Origin: Malacoraja senta
Taxonomy: Eukaryota
Assembly: GCA_038087875.1 (NCBI GenBank)
Contig: CM075994.1
Span: 1,428,001-1,492,000, forward strand
Length of the DNA stretch: 64,000 nucleotides
Direction of reading: 5' to 3'
Below are positions 42,853 through 55,852 of the stretch, piece by piece. The translations under genes were made by a program, and so were the position numbers. The notes beneath the pieces were generated by a model, which was not told the DNA's origin, ran no database searches, and saw nothing but the letters and a program-made list of their open reading frames with translations. Positions within the stretch are counted from its first letter, which is position 1. Each line of letters begins with the position of its first letter.

Positions 42853-43083
42853 TGTTCCCAATGTTGGGAGAGTCCAGAACCAGGGGCCACAGTTTAAGAA
42901 TAAGGGGTAAGCCATTCAGAACGGAGATGAGGAAAAAACATTTTCACACAGAGTTGTGAATCTGTGGAATTCTCTGCCTCAGAAGGCGGCGGAGGCCATT
43001 CCTCTGGATGTTTTCAAGAGAGGGTCAGATAGAGCTTTTAAAGATAGCGTAGTCAGGAGATATGGGAGAAGACAGGAACGGGG
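42853..43083 (+). mobile_element. CR1 3' fragment
   Basis: ESRTRGHSLRIRG...LWNSLP. Confidence 0.85.
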
Positions 43084-43482
43084 TCACAAGTGTCAGCGAC
43101 ATTATGCATGCAGACACTAAGTAAAACTATCCAGCTTGACCTGCCATGAAGCACCAAGGTGTGGAATGAAATTCAATGACAATCATCCTTTCCCAGAGCT
43201 GCTGGAAATCCTCAAGTAAAGAACAAAATCACATTTGTACTGTAACTGTTAACAGCATAGATCATGGTATATTCGCCATATTTGCAGTCACAAAGTAACT
43301 TCATTGACACCACCACTTCCTTGGAAGACTAATACTCTGTTGAACTTCTAATACTCTGTTGAACCTCTAATACCCTGTTGAACTTCTACAGGTGCACAGT
43401 AAAGACTGGTTGAACCATGGCCTGCCAACCCGAGCGCCCAGAATCTAAAGGAGATTGCAAAGGGTGGCAGACCATGCCCGGT

Positions 43483-44540
43483 CAATAGACAATAGATGCA
43501 CGAGTAGGCCTTTCGGCCCTCGAGCCAGCACTGGCATTCACTGTGATCATGGCTGATCATCCACATTCAGTACCTCGTTCCTGCCTTCTCCCCATATCCC
43601 CTGACTCCGCTATCTTTAAGAGCTCTATCTAACTCTTTCTAAGTATCCAGAGAATTGGCCTCCACTGCCCTCTGAGGCAGAGAATTCCACAGACTCACAA
43701 CTGTCTGGGAGAAAACGTTTTTCCTCGTCTCCGTTCTAAATGGCCTACCCCTTATTCTTAAACTGTGGCCCCTGGTTCTCCCCCAACATCGGGAACATGT
43801 TTCCTGCCTCTAACCCCTTAATAATCTTATATGTTTCCTTAAGATCTCCTCTCATCCTAAATTCCAGAGTGTACAAGCCCAGCCGCTCCATTCTCTCAGC
43901 ATATGACAGTCACGCCATCCCGGGAATTAACATTACAAACCTACGCTGCACTCCCTCAATAGCAATAATGTCCTTCCTCAAATTTGGAGACCAAAACTGC
44001 ACACAATACTCCAGGTGTGGTCTCACTAGAGCCCTGTACAACTGCAGAAGGACCTCTTTGCTCCTATACTCAACTCCTCTTGTTATGAAGGCCAACATGC
44101 CATTTGCTTTTTTCACTGCCTGCTGTACCTGCATGCTTACTTTCAGTGACTGATGAACATGGACTCCCAGATCATGATGCACTTCCCATTTTCCTTACTT
44201 GTCACAATTCAGATAATAATCTGCCTTCCTGTTCTTGTCGCCAGTGGATAACCTCACATTTATCCACATTAAACTACATCTGCCATGCATCTGCCCGCTC
44301 ACCCAACCTGCCCAAGTCACCTTGCATCGTCATAGCATCCTCCTCACAATTCACACTGCCATCCAGCTTTGTGTCATCTGCAAATTTACTAATGTTACTT
44401 TTAATCCCTTCATCTAAATCATTAATGCTTTGGTCCTAGCACCGAGCCTTGCGGTACCCCACTAGTCACTACGTGCCATTCTGAAAAGGACCCGTTTATC
44501 CCTACTTTTTGTTTCCTGTCTGCCAACCAATTTTCTATCC
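43483..44540 (-). mobile_element. 5'-truncated CR1
   Basis: RPHLEYCVQFWSP, 3' UTR and tail (ctattgtctattg). Confidence 0.9.
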
Positions 44541-44544
44541 AGTC

Positions 44545-47063
44545 TCCCAGTGCAATATCATCATCATCTTCTTCTTCTGCTTGCTTAGCATCTCCTTTTC
44601 AGTAACATTCACTTTGGTCAAATTCAGCTAACCATGTTTCCGCAACTTCCATGGATTCATCATAATACTCTGTATTTTCTGAATACCACTTATAATGTAT
44701 TTCATGTTCCTCTTGAGATCGCTCTGCTTCCAGCAGTGTGTTCTGCTTTTCTTTAAGCTCATTATTAAGGCTACGTATCAGGCGTAATTTATCCTCCACA
44801 TTTACCAGATTAGCATCTGATTCCATAGCTACCTTCACACTTTCAAGTAGCCTTCTAATCCTCTGCCAGAACTTGTTTCTATCCGATTCAGTTTCCTTAT
44901 TGTAGCATCCACTTCTATTGAGAGAGCAGCTAGCTCAGCTTTAGCTCCCAATCGAGCAGAAGCCCTCGAAACCGAACTGGCTGAAGAACCAGATTTATAT
45001 CCTGAACTATCTGAGCTGCTACTGCAGCCTCTGCTCCTGCTGTCGGCTTTTTTGGACACAGACTTTGCAGGCAGTAATGAAGGCTTGGCCTTTACCATTC
45101 GTAGTTGGGTTACGGGGGTCTTCAACTGAGGCTCTTCATCGCTTGAAGATTCTTCAGTACTTTCAGTATCGGACTCACTGTCCGAGCTGGTACTAGCCTT
45201 GGCCGCAGGCTTCTGAGCGGCAGCAGCCGCCTTGGCCAGCGTGGGGTCAGCTTTCCTCTGTGGAATTGTTGTGGCTGGTTTTAGGGTTGCCTCTTCATCA
45301 CTACTGTCTGAGCTGTCGTCTGACAAGTCACTGATTTCCATTTTACTCACTCCTGAGGCTATTTTCTTCTTGGTCACGCCTGCTTTTCCATTCTGAACTT
45401 TGGGAGGTGGTACAGCACTGTACAAACCTTGTTGTACTTTGACTTTCGCAGGAGACTCATCATATGACCTGTTCACTGCTTGAATTTTCATCTTCCATTC
45501 TAGCACCTTGTTGCTTCGCACTTCCAGCTACTAAGCTCGTAACTTGTGACATAATTTCAGATAACCACTTCTCTGCCTTTTTCATGAAACCATTGAATTT
45601 CTTCTTCCTGTCTTCATCCCACTAGGTATGTCTTCTGCGTTCTTCCCAAGACGGCTCTGAAAACAGCAGTACATGTTGTTTCTTGCCAACCTTCTGGATG
45701 AGGTTCCATAGTTGGCTCGTATTAGATTTCACCTTGATCATGTTCTGTTCTGATTCCATTGGTTTTTTCTGTGTATTAATTAATCTGTTAACCTGTAACC
45801 ATAATTAGTTTCTCTCTCTCTTGGTTTCTCTCAAAGACGCAGCTAGTGAAATATCTGTTTCTTCAAGTTGTCTCGGTCTTTCTTTACCACCACGTGGTTC
45901 GTCTGGCATAGCTCTTTCTTCATCATCTAAATTCCTGATTTTAAAGAGGTCTTGACAGATTGCCAAGTCTTTAAATTAATCGAACAAGAGTCTCTGCTAA
46001 TAGCTGTGGCTTTGTTTGGTCAACATTCCTTTCAAAATGATAACATACTGATAATGTAGAGAACATCTCTCTAACTCCAGGTGCAAAACGAATGATACTA
46101 ATTCACTTATCACAAGCGATTCAAAACAATCCAAGGTCGGTCTGCTTTCCCCAGACAAGCTGGAGAAAACACATCCTGGTGGCTCTGTTACAGAAGTCTT
46201 TAAAAATAATGCCGTGATTTCAATTCAAAGAGTAATAATCGATTTGTACTCACAAATCCAGTGATACGTCTTCAGATACGTCTCGATGCTGTAGATAGAC
46301 CTCAAGGCCCTTCTCTGGCCGAGATCTAGTTCCTCCTGGAACCACTTTCTTCTGGCTAAAACCTCTCCGAGAATCTTAGCCATTTTTCTGTCCCAATCTC
46401 TGGGACTGGTATTTTCTTCAGTTCCACGACTGGAACCAGTCTTCTTCTGGCTAAACCTCTCCGAGACTTTAGCCTGGTCGTCCTGCTTCGATTTAATCTT
46501 CTGTCCCTCTCTCTGGGACTGGTATTTAACCCCCCTGCCGGAGGTACCCTTCTACTTAATGTAGCGGCAGACTTTCATATCTTTCAGGTAATTAGCACCC
46601 TAGCCACTATTTGGATGAGAAGGGTTGAAGGGGGTGTCTTCTAAACGCATGCTAGCTCACCCACAGAGACCTTTAGAGCTTCTTCTCAGATATGGCTTCA
46701 AAACACAGTCTTTTGATGAATAAATGCTTTATTGTTGATAGAAAACAGTGAGATACATCCCAATTTCTTCCGACTCGTTACTACAATCTTCTTCGAACTC
46801 CAGCTTATTACTTTAGACATTAGAAAACTCCTCGTGTCTCCGTAACACTGACAAGATCTGGCATGTTCCGCATGATAGAAGGGTTAACCTTTCCCATCGT
46901 CTCTCCAAACTAATCTAAAAACTAAACTTCTGCGCAAGCATCTAAGCTCCAAACATGCCCAAAAACACGTCATAAATCCCACCCACAATATAACGGCCAG
47001 TCTAAAATTTAAAGGCGCATGCCATCATCAATGACATGCAAAACAGGCCAAATGGCCACAACA
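44545..47063 (-). mobile_element. BEL/Pao-like LTR retrotransposon 5' part (putative 5' LTR about 46717-47063, leader, gag N-terminus)
   Basis: Minus strand starts TGTTGTGG, has AATAAA, ends ...TTCA and is followed by TCAAAAGACTG (fish BEL-type post-LTR sequence). Gag-like SSASSVSRASARLGAKAELAAL and a helical region at 44599-44838. Confidence 0.6.
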
Positions 47064-47077
47064 CCCCCAACTCGACT

Positions 47078-47453
47078 TGTTATGTCAAATAGTTAGGCAA
47101 TTATTTTATAGTTTTGTAGTATAAAGAGCACTGTGTTAATTGTGGTACTTTATCCACATTAAATTGATTAAAGGTTACATTTATTAGTATAGGAAATAGT
47201 TTGTAAAGTACATGAATTTGTGACCTCAAAGTTGATGGTGGAGATGTGATTTAAATGCTAGTGCCATCTTGAAACATTTGTACTTGTTTTCAATGTGTAA
47301 ATGCCAGTGTCCTCTTGAGGCGAGGAGTACAAGCTGGAGGTGTGCCTGTGCCTCGTGACTAATGACAAGTGACCTTCTAGTAGTTTCTGTTGGTTGTTGG
47401 AATAAACACTTCTTACAAGATGTCGGCCGTGTATTAATTGTGCTAGTCACAAC
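47078..47453 (+). mobile_element. Putative solo LTR
   Basis: TGTTATG...CACAACA inverted ends, AATAAA at 47401; no clear TSD. Confidence 0.55.
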
Positions 47454-47471
47454 AGGATCATACAGCAGACA

Positions 47472-47845
47472 TTATAAAATTATATAAGGACTGGACAAGC
47501 TAGATGCAGGAAAAATGTTCCCAATGTTGGGCGAGTCCAGAACCAGGGGCCACAGCCTTAGAATCAAGGGCAGGCCATTTAAGACTGAGGTGAGTAAAAA
47601 GCTTTTCACCCAGAGAGTTGTGAATTTGTGAAATTTCCTGCCACAGAGGGCAGTTGAGGCCAAATCACGGGATGGATTTAAGAGAGAGTTAGATAGAGCT
47701 CTAGGGGCTAGTGGAATCAAAGGATATGGGGAGAAGGCAGGCACGGGTTACTGATTGGGGACGATCAGCCACGATCACATTGAATGGCGGTGCTGGCTCG
47801 AAGGGCCGAATGGCCTCCTCCTGCACCTATTTTCTATGTTTCTAT
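47472..47845 (+). mobile_element. CR1 3' fragment
   Basis: YKIIxGLDKLDAG...; tail tttctatgtttctat. Confidence 0.9.
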
Positions 47846-47849
47846 ATTA

Positions 47850-49345
47850 AACACACACACACCATCACGGATCCTCACCCCCACACCCTGACACCCCACC
47901 CTGACACCCACACACTGACCCCCACACCCACACACTGACCCCCACACACTGACCCCCACACCCACACACTGATCCCCACCCACTGACTGCACGCCCACAC
48001 TGACCCCCACACACTGACCCCCACACATTGACCCCCACACCCACACTGATCCCCACCCACTGACCCCAATCCCACACTGACCCCCACACACTGACCCCCA
48101 CCCCCACACACTGACCCCCACCCCCACACACTGACCCCCACACACCGACCCACACACTGACCCCCACACACTGACCCCCACACACTGACCCCCACTCCCA
48201 CACACTGACCCCACACACTGACCCCCACACACTGACCCCCACACACTGACCCCACACACTGACCCCCACACACTGACCCCCACACACTGACCCCCACACA
48301 CTGACCCCCACACTTACCCACACACTGACCCCCATACACTGACCCCCACACACTGATCCACACACTGACCCCCACACTGACCCGCACACACTGACTCCCA
48401 CACACTGACTCCCACACACTGACCCCCACACACTGACCCCCAAACACTGACCCCCACACTGACCCCCACACTGACCGCCACACATTGACCCCCACACACT
48501 GACCCCCATACTGACCCACACACTGACCCCCACACACTGACCCCCACACACTGACCCACACACACTGACCCCCACACACTGACCCACACACTGACCCCCA
48601 CACACTGATCCCCACACTGTCCCCCACACACTGACCCCCACACACTGACCCCCACACACTGCCCCCCACACTGTCCCCCACACACTGACCCCCACACTGA
48701 CCCCCACCCCCACACACTGACCCCCACCCCCACACTGACCCCCACACACTGAACCCCACTGACCCCCACACACTGACCCCCACACACTGCCCCCCACACT
48801 TTCCGCCACACACTGACCCCCACCCCCACACACTGAACCCCACACACTGACCCGCACACTGACCCCCACACGCTGACCCCCACCCCCACACACTGACCCC
48901 CACACACTGACCCCCACACACTGACCCCACACACTGACCCCCACACACTGACCCCCACACACTGACCCCCACACACTGACCCCCACACTGACCCACACAC
49001 TGACTCCCACACACTGACCCCCACACACTGACCCACACACTGACCCCCACACTGACCCGCACACACTGACTCCCACACACTGACTCCCACACACTGACCC
49101 CCACACACTGACCCCCACACACTGACCCCCACACTGACCCCCACAATGACCCCCACACACTGACCCCCACACACTGACCCCCACACTGACCCACACACTG
49201 ACCCCCACACACTGACCCCCACATACTGACCCCCACACACTGAACCCCACACACTGACCCACACACTGACCGCCACACACTGACCCCCACCCCCACCCCC
49301 ACACACGGAGTCCCACACTGACCCCCACACCCACACTGACCCTCA
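47850..49345. repeat. Minisatellite (CACACTGACCCC[CA])n, 12-14-bp units
   Basis: Direct sequence; explains the long spurious ORFs 47834-49382. Confidence 0.97.
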
Positions 49346-49484
49346 CCCCCTGGTCCCCCGGGGGGGGGGAGGGGGGACCCAATGAGACCTAATATCTAGG
49401 ATATGTGTCGGAAATCATCCGGCCAGCAGGCATATTTTTATCAATTAATTTTCATCCTCGTTACTCAGAACTTGAATTTGCCAA

Positions 49485-49647
49485 ACACTTTAATTCTCCT
49501 TCCTTTCCCCTACTGACATTTCCGTCCTAGGCCTCCTCCATTGTCATAGTGAGGCGAACAGCAAATTTGAGGAACAGCATCTCATATTTTCCGTGGGCAG
49601 CTTACAACCCAGTGGTTTGAATTTTGATTTCTCTAACTTCAAATAAC
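49485..49647 (+). mobile_element. Penelope GIY-YIG endonuclease C-terminal fragment
   Basis: HFNSP...SVLGLLHCHSEA.SKFEEQHLIF..GSLQPSGLNFDFSNFK*. Confidence 0.75.
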
Positions 49648-49689
49648 CACTGTATTCCCTCTCTCTCTCTCTCTCTTCCCTGAGGCTGG

Positions 49690-50005
49690 TTCTCCATGGT
49701 GAAGGTCGATCGTCCATCTGGTGACAGTGCCGAGGACATGGAAGATGCTGATCTATACCCGGCCAGGGTGTGCTTCGTCATTGATGATGCTGCTGGCGTT
49801 GCCGAGGCAGCGTGAGGTGTAAATGGAGTCAATGGAAAGGAGGTTGGTTTGTGTGATGGTCCACAATTCTTTGCAACTACTTGTGATTTGGATGGAGCTG
49901 TTCCTAAATCATGCTGTGATGCATCCCGATAAAGTGCTTTCTATGAGAGTGGTTGGGAACATGATGAGCATCCCAAGCCTTCTAAGGAAGTAGAGCCGTT
50001 GGTGA
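49690..50005 (-). mobile_element. Rex1/Babar-like LINE fragment
   Basis: HQRLYFLRRLG...IESTLSGCITA. Confidence 0.65.
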
Positions 50006-50149
50006 GCGGGCAGGGCCGTTGAGTTCAGCTGCCGGGCGCTGCGTGAGGGGACACCCTCGTGTGCGCGTCTGTGGGATGTGCTTCCGCTGGCCGTGCCCGC
50101 TCGACGGTCAACGGCGCTTCCACAGCGGGGGGGGGGGGGGACCGAGGAG

Positions 50150-50430
50150 AACACCGTGTGCCGGAAGCGGTTTCACACATGCAGTGACCCGGGCCCACAC
50201 CGGACCATCCACAGCGGCGAGAAGCCGCTCGGGTGGCCGAGCGCACCAGGGGGTTCAACAGCCGCAGTAAACTCAGGGAACACCGGCGCATTCACGGCGC
50301 ACACTGGCATCTCGACTGCCCGGAGTATCAGAAGAGGGTTCACACGCTGATCCGCCGCGTGAGGGAAAGCGTTTGAATGCACCTTGTATAACGAGCGGAT
50401 TTCACATCGGGGACATCTCTCGCTCCGCTC
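50150..50430 (+). pseudogene. Degenerate C2H2 zinc-finger array fragment
   Basis: CRKRF...HRTIHSGEKP linker and a frameshifted second finger (LREHRRIH). Confidence 0.55.
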
Positions 50431-50499
50431 CATCCGAGTGATTGAGAGTTCAAATGACCACGGAATACCGAACCTTCTCCATCCTTCGCCCGAACCCGA

Positions 50500-50950
50500 G
50501 GTCCGTGTGTACATGGACATAGGCCAGGAACAGACAACTCGGCCCCTCCAGGACAGTGTGTACACGGACATGGGCCAGGAAAAGGCCACTCGGCCCCTCT
50601 AAGACCATGTGTACCCGGACAGAGATCGGTAACAGGCCACTCCGCCCCTCTAAAACCTTGTGTACACGGACATAGATCGGAACAGGCCACTCGGCCCCTC
50701 AATGGCCATGTGATCACGGAGATAGACCAGGAACAGGCCATTCGGCTCCTCAAGGACAGTGTGTACAGGGACAAGGCCCAGTAACAAGCCGCACCGCCCC
50801 TCCCGGACAGTGAGTACACGGACATGGGCCAGAACAGGCACCCGGCTCCTCCAAGACCATGTGCACACGGATATAGATCAGGAACAGGCAACTCTGCCCC
50901 TCCAAGACCGTTTGCACACAGACATAGATCGGGAACAGGCCACTCGGCCT
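50500..50950. repeat. About 58-bp minisatellite
   Basis: Repeated gtgtacacggacat..caggaacaggccactcggcccctc. Confidence 0.9.
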
Positions 50951-51143
50951 TGTGCTACTTCTTGGCCATCCACGTAATCTCTCTCCATCCCTCTCTATCG
51001 GCACAACGCACTGCTCCGTGCATCGTTTTCTGAGCAGCAAATGTGGCTACAGTGCACTCGGTCCCTTCATCTGTACAGATGGTAAACAGAGGCCCAGCCC
51101 TGATCGCTGTGACACCGCCAGTCATTACTGATCCCTACATTCT

Positions 51144-54100
51144 GTTTTATATGTAAGTCACGTGAGTGACTATGTGAAGACCCCGCCAGCCCGCATTCGA
51201 TCACTACGTCGACGCATGGCGCGGGAGTCGGAGCAGTTCGAAAATGCTCTGGCAGGTAAGTTAATTTTGTTTTCAGCGGGCCACTGCGGTCCAGCGGGCC
51301 CGCAGTAGCTGACGGGCGCAGCCTGTGCGGCTGCCGCCGTTGGAGCTCCGAACGGGAGCAGGCGGCCTGATTTGGAGGCCTCCGTGGAGGCTCCACAAGG
51401 AGCTGGGAATCGATTTTGCGGCTGCCGGCGTTGGAGCTCCGAACGGGAGCAGGCGGCCGGATTGGGAGGCCGCCATGGAGGCTCCGTAAGGAGCTAGGAT
51501 ATGATATTGCGGCTGCCCGCGCAGCCAGGTCAGCGATCGCTGCAAAAGATTAGCAGCAGCCGGTGGGTTAAAAATAGCCGCGGCCAGGAGAAACCGCCAG
51601 GTAAGCTCAGCTGCCGTAGCACCGAGCAATTTTAAAGATAGATGCTGCCGGTTGAGGTCGGCTCAGCTTACGCTGGAGCAGCATATAGTTTATGCTCTAT
51701 TTATAGGGCGGCTATAAATAGAGTTGGCAGGTTTTTAATGGCGGTTGCCGCTCGGTCACGTTTGTGACTATCGTAGCAGATAGGATACAAAGGTCATGTT
51801 TAATACTTTGGCAATATAACGATGTATCTTATCATGCCAATAAAGTTTTAAATTGAAAATGAATTAAATTGAATACAAAGGACATTTATTATCACATACA
51901 CCAAATAATGTAGTGATATTTGACTTGCCATTGCAGTCCAGAGCTCCTGGCTGAGACACAGCTCAAAATAGGCTTCCTATCAGACACCTGTGGGAGCTAC
52001 ACCTGGTTCAGGGTGGCGTCATGATAATTTCCGCTCAGTAGAGGGGACTGTTGGAGATTCTTTCATAAGAGACTCCAACTATGTGGTTATCGATATGGCA
52101 GACGAATCTCTGATCTAATGGGGATATGCTTCTTTTAATCATATGAACAAACTCTGCTCCGTACACCGGAGGCATTAACAGGCGGCTCCAGCCATATGCC
52201 TGTGATAACACCTGGCAGGGTTGCAGTATTTCTCCCACTCTGTCGTGGGGAGTATCGGAAAGAGGTGACTCCGATTACGATGCCGGCTCATCCAGGTCAT
52301 ATGGGGGCCAGAGGCCTGAGGTAGCAACACCTTGTGCAGGGTTGCGCTCTATTTCCTTCCCTGATATACTCAGTTAAGGCTCCAGAAGGGAGCAAGGACT
52401 CGGAGTCACTAACAGGTGCAACCCGCCTGGTAAGTATAATAAATAATGATGATTTATTCCGACAGCAGAGGATCGCGGCAGTGCGGAAAGCCGACGGCCA
52501 CTTCGGAGTCTCTGGCAGCGCCGATATGCACAGCTAGTTGCGATTCGGCTCCGACAGTGAGCAGCTTGCCAACCCCGAGTCTGGACAAAGCCAAAGCCAA
52601 GTATATGAGACAAGCCCTGTCGGACGATTCGGGACAAGAGGATTCTGTCCCCACATCTATGGCAGATGTAATTGGCCGTTTGTCTCAATTGGAACATCTG
52701 ATGGATCAGATGGTGGCACAAAATATGCTCCGTATTACGGAGGCATACACAGGCAGTTCGAGTCATACGCCTGTAGCAACACTTGCTTCAGGGTTGCAAT
52801 ATGCCTTCCACTCGGATAAAGAGAGTGTTGGAGATGGTGGCCCAAAATATGCTCCGTGTTACGGAGGCATGCACAGGCAGTTCGTCATACGCCTGTAGCA
52901 ACACCTGATTCAGGGTTGCAGTATTTCCTCCACTCTGTCGAGGGGAGTGTCGGAGATCAGTATGGAGCTGACTGCGAACATGAGTATGTGCCTCAATCCC
53001 ATGCTTTAGTGCATGATGTACGAGAGTCGCAGAAGGAAGAGCTGTCAGCTCTTGCCTGTACATTTGCTGTTCCCTCGGGGATGGGCAAGCCACTACAAGA
53101 GGAGTTGGCCAGCGGCAACAGCTACCTAACATCACACCAGCTGAAGGAATGGCAAGCATGGGGCTGAAGATGTGGTCAGACAGGATCTGCATATGGAACT
53201 TCGCCGAAGCTCCAACAAGCAGATCGACCCGGGTTCAGAGACGCTGGCAGGTAAGGTCTCTTTATTAACCTCCGTAAAACTCCGAAATGGAGCAGACTGT
53301 CGTCCCAGGTTTGGGTTTACTGGCAGCATGGGCTGTCTCGTATCTTTTCACTGTCTCTGGGAAAGATCAGGTTGATGCAGAGACATTGGCAGGGTGCCTT
53401 GCATAGTAACCTCTGTAAGTTCCAAGAAGGAACAGCTTTGTTACCCGGGTTCAGGGTAGACCATCATGGCACTGGCTGGCTATATGGGCCATATTGACCA
53501 GGGAAGCACTTCCTCAACATCTGTGATTGAGGTTATCAGGCTGCTCAGTAGAATGAAGTAGTTCAAGTCTCCCTCAACACATGTTTAAATTTCTGCTCAG
53601 TTATTGGAGTTCCCATTTCGTTGGAAACATCATTGCCATCCTCTCTGGGATAGGTAGCTACCAGCAGGAAGCTGGTCTGGCATATAGTAATTTTATCTGA
53701 CCTGCAGGTTCATGTTGTGAATCAAAAATGTATTTATAATAATCCGTAGGCTCTCAATACCAGTATTCCTGATTGAGTGGCGGGTCGAAGAGATTGTGTT
53801 GCGCACTCTGGCGACTCAGACAAGTGGTTTCAGTCAGAGGACTGCGAAGCAATTCCTGATTCAGGCTTGCATTATGCTAAATTCCACTCTGAGGAAGAAC
53901 GCTGAGAATGCGTAGTGACTCTTATAGTCAAGAGGTGACAGGGAACTCGTATTCCCACATCAAGGGGATACTGTGTTTTCAGCTCTAGTCATAAGCTTCT
54001 GGTGATATGTTATCAGAGAAATGTATGAATAACTAGATAATGCATCTTCCGCGGCAAGAGAAGCCAAAAATGTTCCGTCCGTATGGTCAATAGAGGTATG

Positions 54101-55852
54101 GTGGTTCCAAGTGGAATCAGTGACATCTCACGGAGGATGAGTGGTCTGCCCAAGAACAAGAGGGGTATATTTCTGATACTTCTCAAGATTACAGAAACAT
54201 GGAGCATGCCGAATCAGGTTAGGATTTGGATAATCTGATCATGTGTTTAGTTCCCCAGTTTAAGATGAATGATTGGTTTCAGCAATTTAACTGATTCAGA
54301 GAATAGATCTTGAAGATGCATACTTCGCCATATCTATACACATGAGGCACAGATTATCTGGTGTTTTGATAACAAAGCCAGTGGTGGAAGCTAAAGCTGC
54401 CCTACTCAGATCAAAGGGAATTGTGTCATCGAGTTTTAGATAACACGCAACATTTGCAGCTGATAAAAGGTAGGGGTTTATCAGTAGATACTTCTTGCGA
54501 TATTAAAGATGAAGCAACATGAAATTTAATAGCGCCAACTTTGCCTATTCATTCAGAGTGATGGCTGGGGCAGCCTGTCTTCTCGGGCAGCTAGCTCTGC
54601 GCGATTGTATGGGAAGTTTGTGAACAAAATATGTAAGTTACTTTTAAACGGAAGTAACAGAGGTTTGTGTGGCTTTCAGTTTCGTCTTAGAGAAGCGTTT
54701 ATGTGATAGCACAATTGACACTGCTTGTGCTGCTTTGTCATTCTCTATAGTACCACAAGTGGGACAATAAATGATTGGTTATTCACCCGCTGTTCACTAG
54801 CGTTATGCAGGGTGTCTTTTATATGACCGCTCTAAAAGCCTACACTCATTGTAGTGAGCGATGTATATCAGTAAATTATTATGCAAATATTCTTCTACTG
54901 TATTCCTAATGGGAGCAGTATTTTTAAGTTGATTATGCTTTTAGCAACTGACTTCAGCACAAAGAACACAGTCTGTCCTCAATCTCTGGCTCGGTCTCTG
55001 GGTCATAACTGACATTAGGGTACCTTGTTATGGGAATGATCTCATAAGCAAAATGGGCATGATTCTGTACATTTGGAGTTGACAGCATACCCACCAGTGC
55101 GGAGATTGGGGTATCATTAGGTATACAAGTACACTGAGCTCGCTAGAACCTATGAGATGAAAGATAGTTTCTTTATTGTTATTCAATAGTCTCTCAAGAT
55201 ATTGCTGATGGCTCATTAGCAGCCAATAGAATGGATAGTCCCCTTTCATCATACAGCAAGAGGCTTACATAATGCGTGTTAATAAGTTATACAATTTGGT
55301 TGAATATGTCTGGATATTTGCAGATAGAATTCTGCACAGTGTTGCATGAGTTATTACTCAAAGTTAATTGGGACTATGGTCCGTTTACGAACAATGGTCA
55401 TGTATGCAAGTTAGCATCATGGTAATAATAACCCATGTTTTCTACCATTAATGGTTTATCTGTTTAAATGTTTCACACACAGATTAGGTTACTGCATGAA
55501 ACCACAGAGCGTTGAAGGCTTCACGTAGTCACACGTGACTTCGATATAAAATATAAAGATTAAACGAGAACTTACCGTTTGAAGTTTGATCTTTATTTTA
55601 TGAGAAGTTGAAGTGAGGGAATACGTGCCCTCCAATCCCAACCCTACTTCTCATAAAGATCATTCGGCAATTCTAAGGTCGTTAATCTTTCTATAGCTTA
55701 AGTTCAGCAACTAGTCTGTGGTTTCATACAGCTGCTCTGAAGATTGACGCGCATGCGGACTGTCGGGCTCTTCACGTATTCCCTCACATCAACTTCTCAT
55801 AATATCAAGATCAAACTTCAAACGGTAAGTTCTCATTTAATCTTTCTATTTT
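51144..55852 (+). mobile_element. DIRS1-type tyrosine-recombinase retrotransposon relic with lITR, ICR, rITR and right extension
   Basis: Left end aagtcacgtgagtgactatgtgaag is complementary to the ICR (55519-55545). The ICR second half (55555-55627) is complementary to 55773-55852. RT remnant IDLEDAYFAI (about 54304); YR remnants STIDTACAALS, HPLF...MQG, KLIMLLA..SAQR (54700-54970). Confidence 0.85.
51794..51872 (+). mobile_element. Short 3' stub of the same LINE family as 2938-7945, with 9-bp TSD
   Basis: tactttggcaatataac...tatcatgccaataaag...attga; ATACAAAGG at 51785-51793 and 51873-51881. Confidence 0.8.

Noticed and set aside
43329..43390. 19-bp x3 tandem repeat
   Set aside because: Ordinary short slippage duplication.
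42500..43480. Additional upstream kinesin exons
   Set aside because: Candidate splice sites exist but no recognisable kinesin-14 peptide could be read.
47834..49382. Long G/V/C/S/W-rich ORFs (340-505 aa) resembling keratin-associated proteins
   Set aside because: Open in several frames only because the 12-14-bp minisatellite lacks stops on that strand.
50500..50950. Regularly spaced repeats resembling a CRISPR array (also 25995-26280, 37700-38070, 39180-40175)
   Set aside because: Whole units are repeated with no unique spacers, there are no cas genes, and the context is vertebrate.
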